DNA from: a bacterium
GTDB lineage: Bacteria > Patescibacteriota > Microgenomatia > Curtissbacterales > GWA2-41-24
Direction: 5' to 3'
Assembly (NCBI GenBank): GCA_021813945.1
Contig: JAKAJD010000002.1
Coordinates: 241,719-305,718 of the forward strand
Length of the DNA: 64,000 nucleotides
The position numbers and the translations under genes were made by a program. Positions 27,065-36,735 of this stretch are shown here, piece after piece. The notes under the pieces were generated by a model that saw nothing but the letters and a program-made list of their open reading frames with translations, made no database searches and was not told where the DNA came from. Positions within the stretch are counted from its first letter, which is position 1, and each line of letters starts with the position of its first letter.

Positions 27065-27871
27065 ATGGAAAGAACCGGACGACACCCAAGATCACCTGAA
27101 GCCGAACATTTTGTAACCACGCGCATGGTTGTAAAAATTGGAACAAGCACCATAACCGGAGGCAAAAGGCAGCCGGATATGGATTTCATGAGGGACATTG
27201 CTAGGCAATCTGCTGTACTTATCAGTTCAGGAATCGGTGTTGCAATAGTTTCAAGCGGTGCCGTAGCACTAGGCAAAGACGAACAAACCAACGGCGAAAG
27301 CATTTTAGAAAAACAAGCCTCCGCACTGTATGGTCAGCCACGGTTAATTGCGAACTGGTTGAGCGCCTTTGAAGCAAATGGAATAGAACATGTGGGACAG
27401 GCACTTTATACCGACGCTGATTTCGAAAGCCACCCAAATAATATAAAGGAAGTATTACTAAAAGGCCTAAGACGAGGACCGGTAATCATAAATTACAACG
27501 ACGCCGTTGCCGACATAGAAATGCGAAAAGTCGACAGATCTGTAGATAACGACGCGCTGGCCGGTAAAGTCGCGCAACTGATTGATGCTGACCTTTTAAT
27601 CCTCACGGACGTAGACGGCGTAATGGACGGGGGCGAACGGATAGCATATGTTCAAAATCTTCAGGACATAGCAGATTTACTGCATAAAGGGGGAACAGGT
27701 ACCGGTGGAGCGCAGAGTAAATGTGATGAAGCAAAAAAAGCTGCAGATCTGGGAAAAATTTCCGTTATTGCAAACGGCCGGGCAAAGGATGTTATCTTAA
27801 AGGTCGCAAGGGGAGAATCCGTCGGCACAAGATTTTATGCCGATCCTAAATGGATGTTCCCTTCGGGGTAA
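27065..27871 (+). CDS. proB: glutamate 5-kinase without PUA domain (start ATG 27065)
   Basis: VVKIGTS, VSSGAVA.G, N.ND, DND.LA, LTDVDG, GTGG..SK. Confidence 0.88.
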   Translation: MERTGRHPRSPEAEHFVTTRMVVKIGTSTITGGKRQPDMDFMRDIARQSAVLISSGIGVAIVSSGAVALGKDEQTNGESILEKQASALYGQPRLIANWLSAFEANGIEHVGQALYTDADFESHPNNIKEVLLKGLRRGPVIINYNDAVADIEMRKVDRSVDNDALAGKVAQLIDADLLILTDVDGVMDGGERIAYVQNLQDIADLLHKGGTGTGGAQSKCDEAKKAADLGKISVIANGRAKDVILKVARGESVGTRFYADPKWMFPSG

Positions 27872-27936
27872 AACTACTTTCTCGCAAAAACTAAAAACGT
27901 TTGACAATTTAAGCAAAAAAGCCTAACCTATGCCCC

Positions 27937-28734
27937 ATGTCATTAAGAGAAAGAATACATACGCCAGGTACTTGTCAAACCACGGAGACTCTGATCACAG
28001 CATATACAAACGGGTGTTTCCCAACACCATTTCACGAAGGTGAAGACCCAGACTTAGCCCGTATTGTTTATCAGCGCATATCGGAAATTCCATTCTCACA
28101 ATATTGGAGAGATCTTTTTGAATCGTTTAAGCGTTATAACGGAGATCCAGCAGGTTACTTTGCTCAACAAATTTTTCGCAAAGCGGAAACTTCTGACGGC
28201 GTTGAACTTTATGCATATGTTGCAGAAATGCTTGCTGATCGGTTTCCAGATAGGGTTCTTGAAGCAGATGTTGAAAGCCCGATTTTAAATACTGATCAAG
28301 CTGGTTTGGTTGGTCTTTCGCCGCTGGCTAAATTCTTAAAAGATAGAAGGAATGAGTTTGAATCTGCAACGGTTAAATTCTATCCTGCCCCTCCAGAGAT
28401 ATCGGATACATGGATTAGTTTTGTTAACGCTCTTGCTACGGCAAACCCAGAGCTTCACCAGCTTGTCGTTGATGAACTACGCAAAAATTACACAGACGCA
28501 CTTATTGAAACAGACGCGGAAATTGAAGAGTGGGAGGGAGTATTTGGTGGTTATGATTCACTTGACCAAAGGCATGAACTTAAAAGAACTATCGCAAAGA
28601 TCCTAAGCCATTTTCCAGACATTGTCATCTCTGGCTTAAAAAAACCATTCCCACGGAGTGCAAAAGAAAATTCGGCTAGTAAAAATATACTAAGTGCACA
28701 AGTAGAAAACCTTCAGCTTGAAAAGGAATCGTAG
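27937..28734 (+). CDS. hypothetical protein
   Basis: 265-aa ORF after TTGACA-17-TAACCT. Confidence 0.65.
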   Translation: MSLRERIHTPGTCQTTETLITAYTNGCFPTPFHEGEDPDLARIVYQRISEIPFSQYWRDLFESFKRYNGDPAGYFAQQIFRKAETSDGVELYAYVAEMLADRFPDRVLEADVESPILNTDQAGLVGLSPLAKFLKDRRNEFESATVKFYPAPPEISDTWISFVNALATANPELHQLVVDELRKNYTDALIETDAEIEEWEGVFGGYDSLDQRHELKRTIAKILSHFPDIVISGLKKPFPRSAKENSASKNILSAQVENLQLEKES

Positions 28735-28745
28735 TTTAAAAGCAC

Positions 28746-29258
28746 TTATTTTTTAACTTTATAATGCAGTCTGGCAAGCTTATTAGAAATCGCAAGTACC
28801 TCCAAAAGTTCTAAATCAACATCGATTTCCATATCACTAAAAAGCTTTTTACCCTTGCCCCAAATAACCGGATCAATATCAACGTAAATTTCATCTAACA
28901 AACCTTCTTTAAGAAAACTCGCGTTAACTCCGCCACCGCCTTCAACAAGCGCTTGGGCAAAACCAGCTTTTTCAACTGCCCCTAAAGCATCCCCAGGAGA
29001 TTTAGCAATGATATCTTTGGCACTGCCCCTTTCTTTTTGTGAAGTAGAAACAACAACGACAAGGGGATTGCCGATTTTTCCTCTAAAATCCGGATCACTA
29101 AGAAGAAGTCTATATGTATTGCCGCCGATTATTATATTCTTTGTCCTTTTTACGAAATCACAATACGCTTGCCATGATTCATCCGACCAAGGAGTATCGT
29201 CGTTTTCCTTGGCGACATATCCGTTGAGGGTCATCGCCATGTATAAAATCGTTTTCAT
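28746..29258 (-). CDS. dihydrofolate reductase/RibD C-terminal family protein
   Basis: MAMTLNGYVA, G..TY, VEGGG, GLLDEI, P.IWG.GK.LF. Confidence 0.85.
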   Translation of the reverse strand: MKTILYMAMTLNGYVAKENDDTPWSDESWQAYCDFVKRTKNIIIGGNTYRLLLSDPDFRGKIGNPLVVVVSTSQKERGSAKDIIAKSPGDALGAVEKAGFAQALVEGGGGVNASFLKEGLLDEIYVDIDPVIWGKGKKLFSDMEIDVDLELLEVLAISNKLARLHYKVKK

Positions 29259-29267
29259 AACCTTTTC

Positions 29268-29846
29268 TCAATTCTTAGCTAAAATAAACTCCAAAAGCTC
29301 CGGAAATTTTGTTGATTTTAAATCCTTAAAACAGAAATGACCGTAATTATGGAATTCTTTATAATCAATATCCTTTATGGTTTTTCTAAGAATAGCAACA
29401 GTTTTTTGAACACTTTCCATGTCGTTGTCGGAATTGAAAATCGTTATGCCACCCGTCCTTTTTACAAGCTCCACATCTATTTGGAAATCATCAAAAAAAT
29501 TTTTGGTAAACTCGCGGTTGGGGTCAAGCCATGGAGCAACCAGAATAACTTTATCCACTTTCAACTTTGGGTTAATACATAAATATTTGACAAAAAACCC
29601 GGCACCTGTGCTGTGTCCAACCAGAATTGTCTCCGGCCCAATGTCAAAACGCTCTACTTCTTTTAGCCAAACATTCCAATTCCTATCGAAAGCCCACGGC
29701 ACTTCTGGTGTGGCTGTTGGAATATCCGCCTTTAACAGTTGTCCTTGCAGCCATGGTATCCAATGGGCATTGCTCATGCTCGGAGCTTCTGGATCATAAT
29801 ATTCTTTTTTGCTGGGACCACCGTGAAGTATGATTGCGTTTTTCAC
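29268..29846 (-). CDS. alpha/beta hydrolase, RBBP9/YdeN-like (start GTG 29846)
   Basis: ILHG, HW.PWL, GHSTG, SDND, GHF; TATAAT 6 nt before GTG. Confidence 0.85.
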   Translation of the reverse strand: MKNAIILHGGPSKKEYYDPEAPSMSNAHWIPWLQGQLLKADIPTATPEVPWAFDRNWNVWLKEVERFDIGPETILVGHSTGAGFFVKYLCINPKLKVDKVILVAPWLDPNREFTKNFFDDFQIDVELVKRTGGITIFNSDNDMESVQKTVAILRKTIKDIDYKEFHNYGHFCFKDLKSTKFPELLEFILAKN

Positions 29847-29872
29847 AAATTGATTATATAACGCCATCACAT

Positions 29873-30802
29873 CTACATGGGGCGTTCTTTGATCGGTAAT
29901 ATTTGATTATCATAGATGAAATTAGCGATTTCATGCCCAATAAAATCCACGCCCTCGAAGGAAGGGTGGATGTAATCATCCGGATTAATGTATTTTAGAT
30001 TTCCATCTCCCTGGTCATTTAGCGATTTGCTGAATATATCGATTACCGGAATATTGTGAGACTTCGCGTAGTCGATGTGGTTTTTTATGTAGCTAATCCG
30101 TTCCTCAGCTTGTTTAACTCTGGCCTCAGTCGTGATATTAAGCTCTATTTTTTTGGCATAATTTGCTTTGCTTGGAGCAATAGTTGCCACAAAAACAATA
30201 GCTGAGTTGGGATGAGTAGTAATGAGAGTTTTCATCAGCTCATCTAGCGCCTGGTTTTGTTTTTTGAGACCCTCCGCAACAGGAAGCGGTGAAAGGGGAT
30301 TATAACCAAAGGATTCGACCAAAATGAGATCAAATTGCCTTGAAAGTAATGGCTCAAATGTTGAATCCCAATAGGTGGTTTTTTTGGTTAGTTCATCACC
30401 TACCGACAAAATATTGACTGCAGCGTGAGCGTAATTATCTACTAAAATTGATATGCCGTTCTTTTTGTACAAATCATTGATAAATTGATTAAAAGTTCCT
30501 CCATGGGGACCCAATGCATGGGTCATAGAATCTCCAATCATAAAAATCGTGTAGGCATTTTTCTTTTCGATTTTAGGCGGAGTATAGCTGCGAAAAACGA
30601 ATGGTGTAGGAGAAGGAGCCCTATTTTGAAAATAACCTGTCAGCTTTTGCGCTGATGTTTTAGAGCTTATCAAATAGACAGCAAAAGCAGAAAATACTAA
30701 AAATCCAACAAGAATAATCAAAAATAGAAAACTTTTTTTTATTTTGAAGATATTCAAGTGCCTCACCCTATAAGGGTAAGATTTTTCTGCAGGAATTTTC
30801 AA
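29873..30802 (-). CDS. membrane-anchored SGNH hydrolase (start uncertain)
   Basis: TM, IGDSMT, DYIHPS. Confidence 0.75.
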   Translation of the reverse strand: MKIPAEKSYPYRVRHLNIFKIKKSFLFLIILVGFLVFSAFAVYLISSKTSAQKLTGYFQNRAPSPTPFVFRSYTPPKIEKKNAYTIFMIGDSMTHALGPHGGTFNQFINDLYKKNGISILVDNYAHAAVNILSVGDELTKKTTYWDSTFEPLLSRQFDLILVESFGYNPLSPLPVAEGLKKQNQALDELMKTLITTHPNSAIVFVATIAPSKANYAKKIELNITTEARVKQAEERISYIKNHIDYAKSHNIPVIDIFSKSLNDQGDGNLKYINPDDYIHPSFEGVDFIGHEIANFIYDNQILPIKERPM

Positions 30803-30847
30803 GTTGCTGAGCAGGCCGGTCTAGAACCTCTTTATCATTATAAAAAA

Positions 30848-31648
30848 TTAGTAAACTCGAAGTCCGTCAATACTGATAGTGTACTTAAGCGGCAAACTTG
30901 GATCTCTTCTATCTTCTGGAATTGTTACAACATAAAAAGGAGCTATTTTTCTATTTATAGTCATTGCTATTAGATCCTCTATAAAATCAGAAATATTTGC
31001 TGACATTATTTTTACAACCTTATCTATTTCTTTGCCATTAATTTTTGGAATTAGGACAACGACCTCACTACCCGTGCTATGTTGATATTTAACATTTCCC
31101 GGCGAAAAGCCATGGTGTTCAATTTGATTTCTTATCTCATTAAAGACTGAGTACCATTGTCGATCATTTGTTAACATTTCAATAACGGTCTTTATATTTG
31201 GATCTTTTTCTACAAGAGCATCCGCTCTTTTTTTGAATTTTTTATCATCTTGAAAGAAAAATCCAATATCCAGATCATACCTTTTACAAAGTTTTTGTAG
31301 GCCTTTCAAGGCTATTTCACCTTTTATGAAGAAATCTTTAAAAAGCTTGTTCATTTCTCTATCAATGGATTCATGAATTTCCAGAATTGCCCCATTATTC
31401 TGAAAACCAACTATCTCTTTTGATTGGATTTTACCCCTGTGTTTTGCGACCAATTCCAACAATTGTTTTTTACATTCCAAACAATCATCTAAGCTTTCGA
31501 AAACTGGAGAATATAAATTATCAAATTCCAATCTTTCTTTATCACTCTTTACCAATGCATCTCGCAGTTTCATTACACCAAACATCATCCTTGCATTAAA
31601 CGGATCCTCAGTACCTGTATTTTTGTATTTAATTAATGTACCTTTCAT
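30848..31648 (-). CDS. HEPN-motif (RNxxxH) protein
   Basis: FNEIRNQIEHHG in a helical, AT-rich ORF next to the tRNA. Confidence 0.6.
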   Translation of the reverse strand: MKGTLIKYKNTGTEDPFNARMMFGVMKLRDALVKSDKERLEFDNLYSPVFESLDDCLECKKQLLELVAKHRGKIQSKEIVGFQNNGAILEIHESIDREMNKLFKDFFIKGEIALKGLQKLCKRYDLDIGFFFQDDKKFKKRADALVEKDPNIKTVIEMLTNDRQWYSVFNEIRNQIEHHGFSPGNVKYQHSTGSEVVVLIPKINGKEIDKVVKIMSANISDFIEDLIAMTINRKIAPFYVVTIPEDRRDPSLPLKYTISIDGLRVY

Positions 31649-31656
31649 GGGAAAGT

Positions 31657-31678
31657 ACGGTCACCTTGGGGTGCCCGT
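31657..31678 (-). terminator. GC hairpin right after tRNA-Gln
   Basis: ACGGTCACC-TTGG-GGTGCCCGT (one mismatch); short T tract. Confidence 0.45.
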
Positions 31679-31683
31679 TAGTG

Positions 31684-31754
31684 CTGCGGGACTAGGATTC
31701 GAACCTAGATAGACGGATCCAGAATCCGTCGTCCTACCATTAGACGATCCCGCA
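31684..31754 (-). tRNA. tRNA-Gln (CTG), CCA not encoded
   Basis: Acceptor TGCGGGA/TCCCGCA, anticodon arm ACGGA-TTCTGGA-TCCGT, GGTTCGAATCC T-arm. Confidence 0.95.
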
Positions 31755-31824
31755 TCGTGAAGCTAATTTTATCATTTTTTAACATTATCAGGAACGAAAG
31801 TAAGCAATTGGCTTTTGAAATTCT

Positions 31825-32409
31825 CTAAATTACGTTAAAAAGTTTCAAAAAAACGTATGGCTCCAACAACCCTAAAACCCCACCAGCCGTAATTTGCCAC
31901 AAGGAATGTTTTTTTAAGTAAAAACGGGCAAAGGCAACGAATGGTATAAGAGCAAAAAGCCACAAAAACTGCCACTCAAAAAGATAACTAAGGATATATA
32001 TTCCTGTGCAGTTAATTATCATATGACCGCTTATTTTCCACTTTAAGGTTATTAAAAAGAGCGTTGCCGTTATTACAAAACCCGTAGCAAACAACGCAAA
32101 AAATTGATGGTTTCCTAAAAAATAAACAAAAAAACACGAAATAAACGAAGCTACCGATCCGAAACCAAAGAGCTTGTAGCGCTCGCGTCTTCTGGTAATA
32201 TCAATGTCACTAATATCACCATCCCTTAAAAGTATTAAAAATATAACGATTGGGGCAATAACATCAACTACCACTAAAAGTGGCCCCATAATTTTTATCT
32301 GCGAAGCAGAAAGACCGGTGTTAAAAAGAGCAACGGAAAGAAGTATAGTTACCCACAGCGGAAAGTCAAAAATGCGTGAAACAATTTGCGCAAATAATTT
32401 AAGGGACAT
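31825..32409 (-). CDS. PAP2-like integral membrane protein
   Basis: WKISGH and AR..LKKH...Q...GG motifs. Confidence 0.72.
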   Translation of the reverse strand: MSLKLFAQIVSRIFDFPLWVTILLSVALFNTGLSASQIKIMGPLLVVVDVIAPIVIFLILLRDGDISDIDITRRRERYKLFGFGSVASFISCFFVYFLGNHQFFALFATGFVITATLFLITLKWKISGHMIINCTGIYILSYLFEWQFLWLFALIPFVAFARFYLKKHSLWQITAGGVLGLLEPYVFLKLFNVI

Positions 32410-32484
32410 GATACTAAGCTATTCAATTAATTATATATAAATTCGCAGATAAATATTTGGCAGTAATTTTGGTAATATACATTT

Positions 32485-32871
32485 ATGGCACAGAACATTT
32501 TAAAAGTAGAACAGAGAAGCTTTAAGTATGCCCTCGAAGGATTATCCTACGCTCTAAAAAGCCAGCTGAATTTTAAAATACAACTCATCATTGGGTTAAT
32601 AACTGTTTTGGTTGCTGCCGTTTTAGGTTTTTCCTATTACGACTGGATAATTTTGCTCATTTTAATTTGCCTGGTGCTTTCGGCCGAGCTTACAAATACC
32701 GTTTTAGAAAAGGTAACAGACATAGTTCAACCCGAAATTCACCCCGAAGTAAAAATTGCCAAGGATCTTGCGGCTGGAATTGTACTTTTAATTGCCGTTT
32801 TTTCAGTTATAATTGGCATTCTTTTGTTCTACCCGCACATAACCGCTCTGTTTGGCTCACAGTTACGTTGA
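32485..32871 (+). CDS. dgkA: diacylglycerol/undecaprenol kinase (DgkA family)
   Basis: SFKYALEG, AEL.NT.LE...D, AKD.AAG.V. Confidence 0.9.
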   Translation: MAQNILKVEQRSFKYALEGLSYALKSQLNFKIQLIIGLITVLVAAVLGFSYYDWIILLILICLVLSAELTNTVLEKVTDIVQPEIHPEVKIAKDLAAGIVLLIAVFSVIIGILLFYPHITALFGSQLR

Positions 32872-32933
32872 AGTCCACATTGATAAACTACGAGTAGAAA
32901 GAAACCCCTAAAAGTGCTATATCTTTAAGTAGT

Positions 32934-33131
32934 ATGGCAAAAGAGTGGAAAGGTATGAGAGGTGGCGCAGGAGCAGGTGGAGGCGCAGTCTACGGACTAG
33001 GTCTAATCGGCGCAATAATCTATTATCTTCAACATGCCACAACTTTTTCTCAAGGCGTACTGGGAATTATAAAAGCCATTTTCTGGCCGGCCTTTTTCGT
33101 CTACAAAATCTTCGAACTGCTAAAGCTCTAA
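32934..33131 (+). CDS. small membrane protein
   Basis: GGAVYGLGLIGA..YY and KAIFWPAF. Confidence 0.75.
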   Translation: MAKEWKGMRGGAGAGGGAVYGLGLIGAIIYYLQHATTFSQGVLGIIKAIFWPAFFVYKIFELLKL

Positions 33132-34616
33132 ATCTGGGTCTAACGCATCAATTATTTTATCTCCGGCTCTTGTCACCCCGCTTAAGTATGGGTCACTATC
33201 GATAAATCTTCGGGTCATCTGAAAAGCATTCTTTCTTAATGTGGTATCCATAGCTAAGGCGTCTTCTAAACTTTCTACACTTCTAAAAAAGCCCTTCTCA
33301 AAAGCACTTAGAGTTCTTGGATCTGCCAGTCCCATCGAAAGGTAATAGGCGAGATATGGCAAGTTTTCCCCGTAACCTGCATAAATCCCAAGCTGACCAT
33401 GTCTTCCTCTGTTGCCTCCCCACAACCCGGTAAACTTATATTCCTTGCCTATCACTTTTACGGTTTGGCCTAGGTATATCGCTCCAAAATCAATCTCTTC
33501 CGAGCTACCTCTTTCAGGTACATTTTCAAACATGCCTGCATAAATTAAAAACCCTAGCCCCCTTAAATTTCCAAGCGCTCGACGGTCAGTTTTACTTTCC
33601 CAAGTAAAATCCGTCTCTTCCTGTCGGTTAATTGTTATCGTAAAAAATGCCTTGTCCAGCTCGGGCAATAAACGCTTCATGTGACTCCAGTTCGCAATTG
33701 TTACTGGATAAATAGATGGGTTCATCCGTACCTCGATAACGCCGCGATCGTTACGAGATGTCTGGACGTAAGATTTTTTTTGATACGCGGACATATTTAG
33801 AAGTGCCAGCTTTTTCCAAAAATCCGGAACCTGCTCTGCAATCTCTGGCTGAAAATGGAATTCAGCGCCTACAGTCGGAAACCCTTCAAAAGCGGCCATT
33901 TCTTCCTTTATATTTGGAAATGGACGTTTGTCTTGTCGGTCAATTTTGTCGAAAAATGAACGTAATCTGGCAACCTGGGAAAGACCCAAATCCTCAGTCG
34001 CCAAGGGGTCTATGTGGTCTTCGCTAACTGCCTCGGCCATATGGTATACGGATCCGGCAAAGTTATTGTCGTGACGCAAAGAACCCCCCGAAAGCACATA
34101 TATTGTGGAGGCTGCTGCAATTGCGTCTGCGCTGCGTTTGCCACCCAACATACACATTCTTGCAACGAATTCGACCTCTCTTTTGAGATAATCTATATTT
34201 TCAATAGTGTTCGGATATTCCCAACGCTGGCGAACAACTCCTCCCAAGATGAAGGCTATTCTGGCTGCCAGATTTTCATCCACATTCCTGTATCTTCTGA
34301 TTACATCAGTAACAGATTGCTGGGATAACGTTGCTCTAAAACCATCGGACCCAAAGTCAGCATCTGAAAAGAAGTTGCTGGGTTGATTTGGTCCGAAAAA
34401 TGCTATCTTCTGACCCTCAAATTCTTTTAAGAAGGGCCGTATTGCCTCTTTGCCGAAAGTCCATTCACCACCCGATGGCAAATATAAACCGTTACAGTGC
34501 ATTGCAAAGTGAAAATCTTGCTCTTCCCGAGTTAAACGTTCGTCAAAGCCTTCTAACTCTATCCCAGCCCTGAAGCTTCCAACTGCAGATAAGTATAAAC
34601 TGTGTTCTTGACTCAT
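33120..34616 (-). CDS. hypothetical protein (498 aa)
   Basis: Long ORF with TVGAEFH and IEVRMNP motifs. Confidence 0.7.
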   Translation of the reverse strand: MSQEHSLYLSAVGSFRAGIELEGFDERLTREEQDFHFAMHCNGLYLPSGGEWTFGKEAIRPFLKEFEGQKIAFFGPNQPSNFFSDADFGSDGFRATLSQQSVTDVIRRYRNVDENLAARIAFILGGVVRQRWEYPNTIENIDYLKREVEFVARMCMLGGKRSADAIAAASTIYVLSGGSLRHDNNFAGSVYHMAEAVSEDHIDPLATEDLGLSQVARLRSFFDKIDRQDKRPFPNIKEEMAAFEGFPTVGAEFHFQPEIAEQVPDFWKKLALLNMSAYQKKSYVQTSRNDRGVIEVRMNPSIYPVTIANWSHMKRLLPELDKAFFTITINRQEETDFTWESKTDRRALGNLRGLGFLIYAGMFENVPERGSSEEIDFGAIYLGQTVKVIGKEYKFTGLWGGNRGRHGQLGIYAGYGENLPYLAYYLSMGLADPRTLSAFEKGFFRSVESLEDALAMDTTLRKNAFQMTRRFIDSDPYLSGVTRAGDKIIDALDPDLEL

Positions 34617-34639
34617 AAAAAAAATTTCTTATGGACTGG

Positions 34640-34807
34640 CTATCTTACAGGAACAGGTATTTTTGGTGTAGCAGGCTGGGCGGGTACAGGAATTCTTATC
34701 GGTTTTGGGTCAGGGACTTCTGGCGCACTCCTCCTTCTAGGTGGACTAACAGGAATTCCCGGTTTTGCCATCTCAGGGACAAAAAAAAGGATGCGCTCGG
34801 ACATCAT
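34640..34807 (-). CDS. Pro-rich 55-aa peptide
   Basis: TATAAT upstream; MMSERILFFVPEMAKPGIPVSPPRRR...IPVPVR; stop 23 nt before the next ATG. Confidence 0.45.
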   Translation of the reverse strand: MMSERILFFVPEMAKPGIPVSPPRRRSAPEVPDPKPIRIPVPAQPATPKIPVPVR

Positions 34808-34890
34808 AAATTTAGAACAAATTATAGGCGTTGACTTATGCAAATTCAAGGCGGATTTTTAATTTTCCACGATCTGTTATAATTCCCGTC

Positions 34891-35634
34891 ATGTCAGAAT
34901 TAGTAGGTCATTCAGAAGAAGCACTTTATCAAGGTTCGCCCCTCAGATCATTTGACGGCACATTTCGAACACTAGATTACGGTAGGGAATTTGAAAAAAA
35001 AGTACAAATCGTGGTACACCCAAATAATTCTAGAAGGATTATTATTAATATTCCTGGCACTCGTGGAGAAATAGACGGATATCTCGACAAATATAAAGTT
35101 TTAGCCCGACATATCCAGGAAAGCGGTTTAGCGGCAGTTGTCAGAATTGGCAATGATTTTACCGGTTATCCCGATGATATTAATCTAAAGGCCGCACTAG
35201 ACTACACGAAAGGTCGTGCATGGGAAATATCGGGAGAGCCAAAGCCCGAACTGCTTTTGATGGGGTTTTCTGCAGGTGCAAGCGTCATTGCTGCAACTGC
35301 ACACGAGCATCCAGAAGTTACAAGAATTCTTTTATTTGCCCCTGCACGAGAAGCCATGAGTGTTAATGTTCAGGACGGTTTAAGGCAATTCGAAGGAGAA
35401 GTTTACATAGTAATTGGTGATAATGACGACAACGTCGGGACGCAGTCAGGCCAAATATTATATGATCGAGCAACTAGTGCCTCTCATAGGGAATTATTTG
35501 TTTTGCCAAACTGTGACCATCAATTTAGAGGAGAAGCAAACGGCAGGATCATTAGCGAAGCGCCTTTTTACGCATTCACAACTGGAGAAAAACCAAATTT
35601 TCCGGATCCTACAGGCGGAATAAAGCTGTATTAA
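34891..35634 (+). CDS. alpha/beta hydrolase (start ATG 34891)
   Basis: GFSAG, G.ND, DHQF triad; TGnTATAAT 7 nt upstream. Confidence 0.82.
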   Translation: MSELVGHSEEALYQGSPLRSFDGTFRTLDYGREFEKKVQIVVHPNNSRRIIINIPGTRGEIDGYLDKYKVLARHIQESGLAAVVRIGNDFTGYPDDINLKAALDYTKGRAWEISGEPKPELLLMGFSAGASVIAATAHEHPEVTRILLFAPAREAMSVNVQDGLRQFEGEVYIVIGDNDDNVGTQSGQILYDRATSASHRELFVLPNCDHQFRGEANGRIISEAPFYAFTTGEKPNFPDPTGGIKLY

Positions 35635-35677
35635 AAAGCTTGACCACTTTTATTAAAAGTGGGATCATAATTTTTGC

Positions 35678-36271
35678 ATGGAAGAGCAATTTCAACAACA
35701 ATCACAACCTCAGCCGCCGACTCCGTCTCAGTCGCAACCTCAGCCTCAGCCGAATTTGCAGTCCAGCCCAAAAGGCAACAGCTCTAAAATCAAAATTGTG
35801 GCAATGATAGCGATTCTGGCAATAGTAGCTAGCTTACTTTACTATTTCGTCATAAGCAAAAAATTTCAGAAATCTCCACCCAAACCACAGTCGCAAACTT
35901 CGCAGGAAAATAGCTCAACACAATCGGCTATACCTCATGGCACCCAGATTACAAATTTAATAATCACAAAAATAGACCCTAAAAAAGGAAATTACCTTAT
36001 AGACAAAAAAGGCATGACACTTTATTCGTTCGACAAGGATACACCGGGAAAAAGTAACTGCAAGGATGAATGCCTTTCAATATGGCCAATTTTCGAATCT
36101 CCCAACCCACCGCCAGCTGATCTTGAAGGAGAAATAGGGATTATTAAATTGCCAAGTGGAAAATACATGTACACGTATTCAAATAAGCCGCTTTATTACT
36201 ACTCCAAGGATAAAAAACAGGGTGACACAAACGGTGAAAGTGTAGAAGGCTGGCACTTGGTCAGACCTTAA
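35678..36271 (+). CDS. membrane-anchored protein with Yx(FWY)xxD repeats (COG4315-like)
   Basis: GMTLYSFDKD...SNC...C...WP and PLYYYSKD...GDTNG; Gln/Pro-rich N-terminus. Confidence 0.85.
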   Translation: MEEQFQQQSQPQPPTPSQSQPQPQPNLQSSPKGNSSKIKIVAMIAILAIVASLLYYFVISKKFQKSPPKPQSQTSQENSSTQSAIPHGTQITNLIITKIDPKKGNYLIDKKGMTLYSFDKDTPGKSNCKDECLSIWPIFESPNPPPADLEGEIGIIKLPSGKYMYTYSNKPLYYYSKDKKQGDTNGESVEGWHLVRP

Positions 36272-36322
36272 AGTTTCGCAATTATTGACAAAAACCGGCA
36301 TTCTTCCTAAACTCAGCAGACC

Positions 36323-36733
36323 ATGTTGGCAAAATCGATTGCGATTGTAGCAACAAGCTTTCACAAAAAGCACATAGATGTGATGCTAGAGGCTGCAAAA
36401 AAAGTCGCAAAACAAAAAAATCTTAGCATCAAAAAAGAAATTTGGATCCCAGGATCACTTGAAGCCCCACTTGCACTGCAGACCGTTCTCAGGTCAAAAG
36501 AAATCGATGGGGCGGTAGTTTTGGGCCTTATCGAACGGGGTCAGACCAAACACGGTTTGGTGATGGGTACGGCAGTCATATCCGCAATAATTAAAATTCA
36601 GCTTAAGCTGGAAAAACCAATTGGTGTCGGAATACTTGGCCCGGAAATTCTACCCAGCCAAATTAAACCTCGCCTTAAACCATATGCCCAAGACGCCGTC
36701 TTAGCAGTTTGGGAAATGCTAAACCTCAAATAG
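36323..36733 (+). CDS. ribH: 6,7-dimethyl-8-ribityllumazine synthase
   Basis: PGSLEAPL, LG.I.RGQT.H, KPIGVGILGP. Confidence 0.85.
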   Translation: MLAKSIAIVATSFHKKHIDVMLEAAKKVAKQKNLSIKKEIWIPGSLEAPLALQTVLRSKEIDGAVVLGLIERGQTKHGLVMGTAVISAIIKIQLKLEKPIGVGILGPEILPSQIKPRLKPYAQDAVLAVWEMLNLK

Positions 36734-36735
36734 TC

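Noticed and set aside
36255-36555. GGTCAGACC matches near 36259 and 36539 as more REP-like copies
   Set aside because: Single, partial, with no partner; the second encodes the conserved RGQT of RibH
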